Source of the DNA: Rhizaria sp. SCN 62-66
Lineage: Eukaryota
NCBI GenBank assembly: GCA_001724265.1
Contig: MEDY01000052.1
Span: forward strand, 124,001 to 150,938
Length of the DNA: 26,938 bases
Direction of reading: 5' to 3'
Positions 1-11,300 of the stretch are shown here, piece after piece (the stretch's first letter is position 1; each line of letters opens with the position of its first letter). The translations under genes were made by a program, and so were the position numbers. The notes beneath the pieces are model-generated. The model did no database searches. It was not told the DNA's origin and saw only the letters and a list, made by a program, of their open reading frames with translations.

Positions 1-2
1 AG

Positions 3-179
3 CAGAGTTTGCCGTCCGCGTCTTCGTCATATTACGTACCGCAGACGCAAGCACAAACTCATACTCAGATGCAGACTCAGGCGTTGGCGTTGGCCCAAGC
101 GCAGCAACTGGCGGCGCTTCAGACACAGGGCACACTGCAGCAGCAGCAGCAGCGGCAGCAGCAGCAACTACAACAACAG

Positions 180-220
<41 letters not shown>

Positions 221-620
221 GCACGCTCAACTGCAGCTAGGGGTTCAGACGCTTCTGCCGCCGCCGTCGCCCTCGCACCGCGTTTCCGGCCACGGTCACG
301 GTCACCATGGTCACAACTACGGTCATAACAACAGCTACAGCCACGCCCACGGCGGCGCCAGTAGCTTGCATAGTGGATCCGGGCGCCACCGCGCGTATAG
401 TGACGCCGGTCGCAGTGACTCCGGTGACATTGCTACGGCGGTTTCTCTGGGCCCTCAGTCGCGCAGTGACGCTGTTGGCACGGATGACCGCAATGGGCAC
501 CGCAACACCCGGGGTGGCCACGACAGTCGGCCTTCATCCCGCGGTGGGCGCGGCGGTGCCCGTGGGGCGAGCTATGACAGCCCAAACGATTTTTACAGTA
601 GTGGCGATGGCCATTACTGA
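3..620 (+). CDS. 3' end (partial) of a low-complexity protein: polyQ tract, His/Gly-rich segment, RGG-like C-terminus; function unknown
   Basis: Frame is open from the window edge (the ORF-track TTG start is not a real start) to TGA 618-620. GC-rich coding-like composition changes abruptly to T-rich 3'UTR-like sequence after the stop. Encodes a Q run, HGHGHHGHNYGHNN and SSRGGRGGARG. Confidence 0.75.
138..221 (+). repeat. CAG/CAA trinucleotide repeat encoding polyglutamine
   Basis: Direct reading: cagcagcag...caacagcaacag, with one CGG and one CTA interruption. Confidence 0.95.
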
Positions 621-2328
621 TCCAGGCGACATTGGGAGCAATTGACATCTGAATTGTACACTTGATCATTCATTCCATAAGCTCGCACATGCGTATGCAG
701 TGTTCGTTAATGTTTATGTTTCATTCTCTTTCTTCATTGTGGTGTGTGATCTTACTTTTCTGCCACGTACTTTTTTGATCGATAATTTTTTATTTCACTT
801 CTCTCTTTTGGTTTGTCCGCAAACTTTCATCATAATTATTTTGTCTTGAATATTTCTTCCTAAGGAGGATTTTCTCTTTAACTTTAGCTCAACCCCGGTC
901 ACTTTGTGGTGCGCCCTTTCGTGTGCCTGTTTTCTAATGATCCCCCAGTAAATGATTTCCCTTTTACTGTAGTCAATCCTTGAATCACCCAAGCTCTCTC
1001 TGTAGTGCTTATTTTCCTATGTCGTCTACCTATATGTGCGTGTTTTTTTCTCCCTCAATTTCTTTTAAGAAAACCTTGATCTCGTGACGAAGGGTGACTT
1101 AAATGTAAATTATATGTTGGTTTAAATCTTTTGTTTTGTTCGTTTTCGTCCACTTCGTTTTCATTTCAAGCTTCTCTCGCTTGTGTATTGAAAAGAAACC
1201 TGTCGCTAAATGAATGTAAGTGACATTAAATTCGTAATTATTTTCCCCCCACTACGGTCCTTCCGTAGCATCTTATCAGTTTTGAATGCAACAAAGTTAT
1301 CTCTCGTGATGTATCACTTACGTCATTCCATCAATTTTAGGTTTTTCGCTATTTGTTCTTCGTTTTGTTTTTCGTTTTGTCTAAGTTCTACGAATACGTT
1401 TCCACCCGTTGAGGTATATCCTCATACTTTTGCAATTGTACACATCTTCGTCTATCTTTGCTTCTAACAGTTCCTTTGCTCCACTCTGCTTTCGCGTTGA
1501 CCTCTCTGTCTCCGCACTATTTTATCGTGTTCTTGCGTGACACCACCCATACTTGCTTCCTGTACCAACCCGCCTGCTGCCTCAGCACGCGCTGATGGTT
1601 TCAGATCATCACAATCAATTTGTGATCACAATTCGCATCTGTTAATCAGAAGTTTAAATACAACTGCAAGTATCTCTAAATGTCACAACAATCCTCATCC
1701 TGCGTCACCACTTGCTGATCTCGGAGCTTAGCATGTCGAGTCTTAACGTGAATCCATAGTAACATTTGAGTCTGAATCCTACTTCTGAAACATGAATTGA
1801 TGACACATACAGTATATAAATACATATTGGGAGACGCCTGAAGGCGCCAGTGCGACGCCTCAAATCAATCTGCTCTCAGTGTGTTCGAGGTGCAATGAGG
1901 GGTTTTATTCAGTGTTACGACGAGTCTGACACTGTTCACTGCGCCGATCGGTCTCTTAGTCATCAAGTAAAACCAACTATCATTTTGGAGATTACAAACA
2001 ACGTGACGAGTCCAACCAGCCACAGTCTTCCTATCCCATCAACTTTGCATTGGGACCTAGAAATTGTGCATTATAATTCATGCAATTTTAGAATATAAAT
2101 AAAACAACCCGCGAAGTCGATGTTAAAGAAATTTGAACACAACACAGAGTGAAATACTTGTTAGGCATTGCTAAGCAGCGCGTTATGAGCAATTGAGCAA
2201 TTGATTCTAAACATACACATTAAGAAATTGCTAGAGAGGATGGCGTACCTAAATAAATTAATTTGTGTAAACGACGAGTTCAATCTTAAAAGATTATTTG
2301 AAGCCCACACATCAAATCTATGGGTGGG

Positions 2329-5300
2329 TTAGTTCTTGTCTGTGGAAGGAACACCCTCAACTGAAGACGCCGCGACAGCGGGCGCCGCGGCATCAGGGGT
2401 GACCTTCTTGGGGGCGAGCTTAGCCCTGCGTTCAGCTTCCTGCCGGCGAATAACAGTGGCGTTGTTGCGCACAATCATAACGCGCGATGTGTTATCATTG
2501 GCAAGAGAGAAAGGCGTGAAATCACGCAGCATGGCGTCAATGCGATCCTCGTCGCCACCCACGGCGCGGTCAATGCGCCGTTCCTGCACCAGCCGCACGT
2601 ACTCCTGGGCCTCAATGACCAGCTGGTCCTTGTCCGCCTCGGTCGGAAGTTCGTCGTCGACGTTAGCAAAGCGAACGCCGCCGACCTCCTGTGCTACTTG
2701 GAGCACAGACTTGAAGAGAACACACAGCTGCGCGTAGTCGGACTCGACCTCACGCAGACGCAGGAGCTCATCATTAGCCAGCGAGTAAGCCGTGGCAGCG
2801 GCCTGGAGCGTCGCCTCCTCAGCCTCGGCCTTGCTCTTGGCCTCGTCAAAAACCGCGCGCTGCAGACCGGGCACCAGCGTCAAGGCAGGCTCGTCGTCAG
2901 CATCTACAAGGTCGGCCACAGTCAAGTCCTCAAGGGCAACGGGCTCACCGCGCGCTTCGCTAGCACGTGCCGCCGCGGCCTCGGCCAGAGCAGGGTCAAT
3001 GTCAGCGTCGAAGTTGTTCTCCAGACGCGCCAGCTGCGATGCGCGCAACGCGCGCGCCAGCGCCTGTGCGTCAGCAGTCAGTTGCGTGAGGTGCGGAAAC
3101 AGCGGCGCCGTCATTACAGCGTCCGACACGAAGAGCTTGACCGAGCCGTCGCCCAGTGGCTGCGCAGCGGACGCGGATGCGGGTGGCGGAATGCGCGAGG
3201 GACCAATGGGGCCGCGCGAGCTCCACAGACTGGGGCGCGCCGTGGGGCCACGCGAAGGGCGCGACGGCGTACGACCTGCGGTCGCGGCAGCCTCATAGGC
3301 GGCGGCACGAGACGAAGTACGCAGGAACACGTCAGCATCGCGCGGCACGGCGACCTCGGTGCCCGTTGAGTCACCTGCCTTGCGACCTGCGCGAGACCGA
3401 GGACGGGAGGACTCCTTGCTGTCATCCTCACCGTCATCATTGTCGTAATCAGCGGTACGACTGGCGGGGCGCAGCGGCGTGAAGGGCGTGTAAGTGGATG
3501 CGCCGCGCGCTGGCGTCTGCGGCCCGTTGTCGCCAGTGACAGCAACTCCATCGACGCCCACTGGCGGACCGTAGTCGACCAGGCGCTCTCCAGTGGCGGA
3601 GTTGACGACACCCAGAGCGGGCGGCATAGAAAGCACAACAGCTTCGGCGCCCAGCTCATGCATCTCGCGCAGAATGCGCTGCAGGTTGGCATACTTGGCG
3701 TTGGGGTTGACCATCGGCGCGAAGGGCTTGACCTGAACGCGCGGGCGTGCGTCATCAAGCTCATCTTCGTCCGCATCCTCGTCATTGAGACCGACCTCGT
3801 CCTCGTCTTGCACGTCCTCAACCTCATCCTTGGCAACAGCGGCCTGCTCCGCGCGAGCAAGAGCAGCATCGCGCTCCGCGACGGCAGTGTCGCGCTGCGT
3901 CTTGTATTCTTCGATCTCACGACGCAGCTCGTTCGCCTGAGCGCGCGCAGCAGTGGCATCGTCGAAGGCGGCACGGGCCTCGTCGCGAGCCACATCAGCG
4001 TCCTCCTGCGCAATCGCAGTACGGCGCAAGGCCTCCAGAGCATCGGCACGCGCCGCTGCCACGTCGGCGTTCGCAGTCTCAAGCTCACGCGAGAGCTCCT
4101 CATGGTTGTGACTCTCACGCTCACTCAGCAGCTGCTTCTCCGGTGCAGCAACCAGAGCAGACTCGCGTGCACGGGCAAGATCAGACAGCAAACCGGCTTC
4201 GCGCGCGGCAGCATCGACGAGCTCGTTCTCAAGAGCACTTGCGCGCGCGTCCGCTGCGTCAGCACGGGCTTGTGCGCGCTCACTTGCAAGGCGAGACGCT
4301 GTAAGATCTGACTCAAGCTCATCGGCCTTAGCCTCAGCCTCCTTAAGCTTCGTCTCAGCCTCGCCGGCCTTACTATCAGCCTCCTTGAGCGTTGCCTCCG
4401 CATTGGCGGCCTTGGCCTCGGCCTCTTTAAGCTTGGTATCGGCGTCGCTCGCGAGAGCCTCGGCCTTGACAGTCCTGTCATCGGCCTCCTTCAACATCGT
4501 CTCCATATCAGCAATCTTGGTCTCGGCCTCAAGTAGCTTCACTTCAGTCTCATTGGTCTTCGTCTCGGCATCCACAGCCTTCTTCTCACTGTCAGCAAGC
4601 TGTTGCTTGCACTTGTCCAGCTGCGTCTGAGTCTCGTTGCACTTGTGCTCGGCCTCATCTGCACGGGCACCCGCAGCAGCAGCCTTAGCGGCAGCGTCAC
4701 GAGCAGCCTTCTCTGCGGCTACAGTGCGCTCGTCGGCATCAGCAGTACTTTTTGCAATCTCGGCATGAAGGGCCTCTTCCGCCGCCTTAGCACGAGCATC
4801 AGCCTCGCTAGCCTTAACTTCAGCCTCACTAGCCTTGGTTTCGGCCTGCTTTGCCTTATAGTTTGCATGCTTGGCTTCATCTTCAGCAGCAGTAGCCTTG
4901 ATCTCGGCAGCACGGGCCTTTTCCTCAGCAGCATGAATCTTCTCGTCAGCCTGAGTAGCCTTGGTTTCGGCATCGGCAACCTTAGCCTCAGCGTCGACAA
5001 CTTTAGCCTCAGCGTTGGCCACCTTAGCCTCAGCCTCAGCAGCCTTAGCCTCAGCCTCGGCAGCCTTAGACTCAGCATCAACGCGCTTCGAGTCGGCGTC
5101 AGCAGCCTTCGCCGCAGCCTCAGCAATATTTGCCTCAGCCTCAGTGACTTTAGCTTCAGCGTCCGCAAGGTTGGCCTCCGCTTCAGCTGCCCTAGTCTCA
5201 GCGCTGGCCGCCCCCGTCTCTGCCTCAGCAAGTTTGGTCTCAATCTCAGTTGTCTTGGCCTCAGCTTTAACACGCTTAGCGTCGGCCTCAGTAGCCTTGG

Positions 5301-8300
5301 CCTCCGCATCAGCAGCCTTCGTCTCAGCATCCTCAGCCTTGACTTGCGCAGCAGCAGCCTTGAATTCTGCCTCAGCAACCTTGTCCTCAGCCGCGAGCAC
5401 CTTCTCCTCTGCATCAGCCGCCTTAGTCTCCGCAGCGGTCGCGCGGCTCTCGGCCTGAGCGGCTTTGTCGTCGGCCAATACAGTCTGCGCCTCGGCCACG
5501 GCGGCGCGCTCCTCGGCCTCCGCAGCCTTGCGCTCAGCACCGGCGGCAGTAGCCTCAGCATTGGTGGCGCGCTCATTCGCAGCAGCGAGGTTCTCGGCTG
5601 CCTCAGCAGCAGCGGAGTCAGAAGCGGCGGCACGCTGCTCGGCGCCGGCAGTGGCAGCCTCAGCAGTCGCCTTCTCCTCCTCAGCCTTGGCCGCCTTGGC
5701 CTCAGCCTCATCTGCGCGCGCCTCCGTCGCCTCAGCCTTGATCTCAGCAGCCTGAGCCTTGGCCTCAGCCTCAGCCGCGCGTTCGCGCGCCTCGGCCGCC
5801 TTGCGTTCCGCCTCAGAAGCGCGGGCCGCCAGCTCGCCGCCTTGTTCCTCACTCGCAGCCTCGGCCGCGGTGAGACGTTCCTGCAGCGCTGTGGTGGCGC
5901 GCTCAGCCGCACTGAGGCGCTCACGAGCGTCGGCCAGATCGGTCTGCGCGCGCTCCGCGTCCTCACGCGCTCTGTCACCAGCAGAGCGAGCGGCGGCGAG
6001 GTCCTCCTGCGTACGTGCAAGCTCCTCCTGGGCCTGGGCGAAATCCGCAGAAGCCGTGCTGCACTGCGCCTGCAGAGCGTCGCGTTCCACGGCCGCGGCC
6101 TCCGTCGCAGCCTCAGCCGCAGCAAGCGCGTTCGCAGCTTCAGCCAGTGCGGCGTCAGTCTCAATGAGCTTGTTCTCGGCGCCAGTCAGCTGCTCCGACG
6201 CGGCGGCCAGCGCGGACGTCGCCTCAGCCAGACTCGCGTCAGCCGCGGCAGCAGTCGCTTCGGCAGCGGCGGCCTTAGCCTCGGCAGCCGTAGCCTTCTC
6301 GTCGGCGTCGGCAGCCTTTGACTCAGCTGCCTTCGCGCGCTCCTCGGCATCCGCGGCGCGAATTTCGGCTTCCTCAGCGCGAACTTCCGCTTCGGCGCCC
6401 GCGCGCTCAGCCTTCTCAGCGCGCTCCTCCGCAGCGAGAGTCGTGCTTTCGGCAGCTGCCACCTGTTCCATCGCCGCTGCGACCTTAGCAGCAGCGTCCG
6501 CAGCAGCCGCATCAGCCTCCTCGGCCTTGCGCTCAGCAGCAGCCACCTTGGCAAAAGCCTCCTCAGCCTTGGTTTCGGCCTCAGCGAGCTTAGTCTCAGC
6601 CTCGGCAGTCTTCTCCTCGGCCGCGATCGTGCGCTCCGCCGCATCGGCCGCGTGTTCGCGGGCCTCATCGGCGCGCGCCTCGGCCTCGCGAGCGCGCTCG
6701 AGAGCGGCGTCGCGCTCAGACTCGGCGAGCTCGGCGCGCGCCGCGGCCACCTGCTTCTCAGCAAGCACGGCGTCGCTGTCGGCGGCGCCAGCGTCACGCT
6801 CAGCACGCGCCTTGTCGGCCTCGGTGGAGGCGCTCGTGGCGTCGTCACGCGCGATGTCGCGCTCGGTCTCGGCCGCCTGGCGCGCAGCGCGAAGCTCCGC
6901 ACACTCTTCCTCGACAGCAGCAACTCGCTGCTCAGCCTCGGCCGCGCGCACAAGCGCCGCCGCAGCGCGCGCCTCAGCATCAGCCAGCGCGGCGGCGTCG
7001 GTCTCGGCCTGGCTCTCGAGCGCCGTGACACGGGCCTCCTCGGTGGCCATTGCGTCCAGCGCCGCGGCCAGGGCGTCAGTCACTTCCTCGAGCTTGGCCT
7101 CGGCCGCAGCCAGTGCGGTGTCAGCCTCGGACGTGATAGTGCCAGCCTCAACAGTGCGCGCCTCGGAGTCGGCCGCGGTGGAGTCGGCCGTCTCGCGCGC
7201 AGCCTGCACGCGATCGGACGCAGCGCGCGCAGTCTCGTCGGCGGCGACCAGCGCAGCGCCGGCCTCGGTGAGCTTCTTCGCGAGCGCGTCAGCAACCTTC
7301 TCGTGCTCATTAGCGGCGGCGAGCTTCTGCTCAAGCAGCGCCTGCGCCGCCTGCGAAAGCACCTGCTGCTCGAGCAAGTCGGCATCGATCTTGTCGCGCG
7401 CGGCCGTGGCCTCTGCGAGTTCGCGGCGGCACTCGGCGAGCGCGGCCTCGGTCTGCACCAGTCGCTGACTGTCCTCCTGGGCGTCCTCGTGCAGCTCCTC
7501 GGCACGCGAGTCGGCCTCGACCTTCTGCGCCACCATCGCCATCAGACGCTCCTCGAGCTCCTCGCACTTGCGCTCAGCCGCTCTGGCTGCCTCGCGCGCA
7601 GCACTCTCCTTGGCTTCAGCCTCGGCGGTCTTGACATTGGACTCAGTAATCTTAGTCTCGGCCTCAGTAACTTTAGTCTCGGCCTCGGCAGCCTTGGCAT
7701 CAGCTTCAGCAGTCTTCGCTTCCGCCTCAGCGACCTTCGTCTCCGCTTCAGCAGCCTTCGCCTCAGCGTCAGCAGTCTTGGCGTCGGCCTCGGTGGCCTT
7801 CTCTTCAGCAGCGGCGGCCTTGGTCTCAGCAGCAGCGATCTTCTCCTCAGTGGCAGTGACCTTCTCTTCTGCGGCAGAAGCGTTCTTCTCGGCAGCAACA
7901 GCCTTCTCCTCGGCAGCAGCAGCCTTCTCCTCGGCGGCAACAGCCTTGGCCTCGGCAGCCTTAGCGCGCTCCTCAGCCTCAGCGGCGCGCGCGGTGGCCA
8001 CGGCGACACGGTCATCACCAGACTCGCGTGTCTCTGCTTCGACAGCTTTAGCCTTAGCCTCAGCCGCCTCAGTCTTGGCATCAGCAGCAACAGCCTTGGC
8101 CTCAGCGGCAGCGGCACGCGCCTCAGCGGCCTCAGCCTTGGTCTCGGCCTCCTGCGCGCGCGCGTCCGCGGCCTCCACAGCGCGCGCGGCGGCGGCGTCG
8201 TGCTCCTCGCCGCTCGCGCGCGCGGCGTCCAGTTCGGCGACGGCGGCCTCGAGCCGCGTGCGCGCGTCGTCGAGCACGCGCTGCGACTCATCCAGCGCGG

Positions 8301-11300
8301 CCTCACCAGCGGCCATCTGTTCGCTTACACTCGCGGACGCGGTCTCGCGGGCGGCCTCGGCTGCGGTAGCCTCAGCGCGGGCCAGTGCGGCCTCGGCGCG
8401 CGCCGCGGCGGCGGCAGCCTCGGCAGCGGCGGTCGCAGCCTCAGCGGCGACTAGCTCAGTGCGTGCCGCAGCCAGTGCGGCGTCCTTCTCCTCGTTCGCG
8501 GCGGCGGCGTCGGCGGCGGCAGTCTCAGCGGCGGCGCGCGCAGTCTCCGCAGCATCGCGTGCAGCGTCGGCTTCGGCGCGCGCAGTCTCGGCCGCGTCGC
8601 GGGCGCTCTGCGCTGCGGCAGCGTCGTCCTTTGCGGCGGCGGCCACCGTCTCTGCCTCAGTCGCGCGCGCCTCCGCAGCAGCCGCACGCTCCTCAGCGGC
8701 GGCAGCGCGGTCGTCGGCGTCGCCCGCACGGGTCTCAGCGGCGAGCGCGCGCGCGGTGGCCTCCTCGGCGGCCGTCTCGGCGGCGCGCGCCTCGGCCTCG
8801 GCAGCGCGGACCTTGGCGGACACTGCAGCGGCGTCAGCGGCTGTCGTCGCGGCGGCCGCGGCCGAGGCCGTGCTGTGGGCCTCGGAGCCCGCGCGCGAGC
8901 GCGACTGCGGCGTGTTGCGGCCCGACACGGAAGACCGGCGCGAGGACTGCAGTGACGCGACGAGCTTCATATTGTCGCGCGCGACGGCGATTTGCTCGCG
9001 CACCTCGGCGTTGACGGCCTCGAGCTCGGCGCAGCGCAGCGCAGTCGCCGCGGCAAGCGCCTCGGCGCCAGTAGCACGGTCCTCAGCGTCGGCCGCGGCG
9101 CGCACGGCTGCCGCGAGATCCGTCTCGAGTCCGCTGACCAGGTCCTGGATCTGCTCTGCGCGGTTAGAAACCTGTGATTGTCGGTGAAGGAATGAAGAGG
9201 AAAAAATAATCAGTCAAGTTTCATGTGAGAAAGTGATCATTATGATGTGTGTCAAATAACAATAGATAGTCGGCATACTGCGGTGAATGCGTGTTTGTAT
9301 TGAAGTGGTGATGAGAGGTTGGACGCGGCGAACGGGGCGGGGCGCGGCGGCAGGGGCGGCGCAGAGCAGGGAAGTACGTGCGCGGGGACGGACGGGGACA
9401 GGCACGGAGGGAAAGGCTGAGGGGGGAGACAGGCGGGATGACTCTCAGCAGGCAAAGAGGTCCTGATATTCAGAACCATTCCTTTCGCATGCTGAGAGTC
9501 AAATGATCACACATGTGTGTTCTCCCCCGTCGCGCCCCCGCTGGCCCTCTCTTCTCCGGCACGCCACCGTGCAGTTGCCCCGCGACAAGACTGTCCCGCT
9601 CCACACACACGCCTCCACCGCCGCAACCCCGTCCACGCGACGCGCTCCACCTCAGCAGCAACAACGACAAACAGACAAACATTCGCATCAGTTCTCAACA
9701 CGCATAACATGTGTTGATAGAAATCACAGAAACAAACAATATTGAGCATAACGGTAGTATTTAAAAATATGTAAACAGACAGCCACGTCGTGCGGCGAGA
9801 TGTGGGCACGCTGCTGAACGAACTCAGTGCGACGAGTTAACAGCAGCCTCGCGGGCGCTGACGCTCATCTCACGTCTCTCGAGTTCGCTCGACAACATGT
9901 CCAGCTCGCACGACGCGTGTTTCAGGCCCTCGGCCAGTGAACGTACATCCTCAGCAGACTCTTGCCAACGCTACACAAAGGAAAAACAATGTGGGAGAAG
10001 TATGAGCAAATAGAGTGATGTGCATTTAGCGAATAAAGAAAAAACACCACAGAAGTCAGTCAAACAATGTTGCAAAAGCTTCGTACCTTCTTTTCCATAC
10101 GGAGCTCCTTGTAGGCCCCGGCAAGCTCGAGCAGTTGCGCCTTGAAGCGCTCCAGGAGCTCGGTCTGCTCTGCAGCCTCGACTGCGGCGGCCTCGGAGCG
10201 CTTACGCGTGGCGTCGAGCTCCTCCTCCAGGTGGGCCACGCGCAGGGCCTCCTCGCTGTTGACGCCCGCGGCGGCAGCGGCGTCGGCGGCCTTGGCTTCG
10301 GCCGCGCTTACCTTGCTCTCGGCGTCGGCCGCCTTCTTCTCGGCCTCGGCGGCCTTGGCCTCGGCGTCGGCGACCTTTTTCTCGGCCTCGGCGAGCTTGC
10401 TCTCAACGTCGGCCAGCTTGGACTCGGTATCGGCCAGCTTGGTCTCGGCGTCGGCGAGCTTCGTCTCGGTCTCAGCGGTCGCGACGTCGGCGTCCTCGAG
10501 CGCCTGCTTGCGCTTCTCCAGCGCAGTCCGCAGCGCGCCAGACTCGGCCTTGGCGTCAGCCACGCTCTTGATGGCGTCCTCCAGGTCGCCACGCATGTCG
10601 GCGCGCTCGTCGCGCGCGTCGTTAAGCTCGGCGCACAGGTCGCGTCCGGCCTTCTTGAGTCCGGCCAGCGCGCTGTCAACCGCGGCGCGCACGGTCGCGT
10701 CGTCGGCGTCGGGCCTTGTGGCCTCGGCCTCGGGCTCAGCAGTCTTGTCAGCCGTGTCGGTGGGCTGCGAGAGCTGCGAGTTGACCACGCGCTCCAGGTT
10801 GTGCACGCGGTCCCACACGTCGCAGAGGTACTCGCAGAGTGCGCGCCGGGCCGTCTCCGCCTCAGCCGCCGCGGCGGCAGCCTTCTCGGCAGCCTCGGCC
10901 GCGCCCGCGGTCATGGTCTCGCCCTCTGGGTCGGCAGATGCCGGGGCCGCGTTGTCGGCTTGCGCGTTAGCGAGCGCCTCGCGCACCTCGGCGAGCGTGG
11001 CCTCGACGGCCGAGAGTTCCTCACCGCGGCGTTCCGCGGCTTCCTCGCTCGCCTTGACGGCGGCGCGCGCCTCGTCAAGCTCCTCGCGCAGCTCGTCAAT
11101 CTCGCTGCGCGCGGCTGTTAGCGCGGCCTCGGCGCCGGCCAGCTCCTCGCCGCGGCGGTCAGCAGCCTCTTCGTTGGTCTTGACCGCGACGCGGGCTTCG
11201 GCCAGCTCCTCCTGGAGCGCGGCGTTCTCTTCACGCAGAGACTCGGTCTCGGCAGTTGCAGCGGACAACGCGGCCCGGACTTCGTCAACGGCGGCGCGCG

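Noticed and set aside
621-2328. Short ORFs in AT-rich spacers (also 17628-18354 and 26100-26938)
   Set aside because: Composition is unlike real exons here and there are no motifs; consistent with UTR or intergenic DNA. No CRISPR array, rRNA or transposase was seen anywhere in the window.
9410-9510. GCTGAGA motif resembling a TPP riboswitch
   Set aside because: The downstream CCTGAT...TAAT...GCG.AGGGA elements are absent, and the host gene is unrelated to thiamine metabolism.
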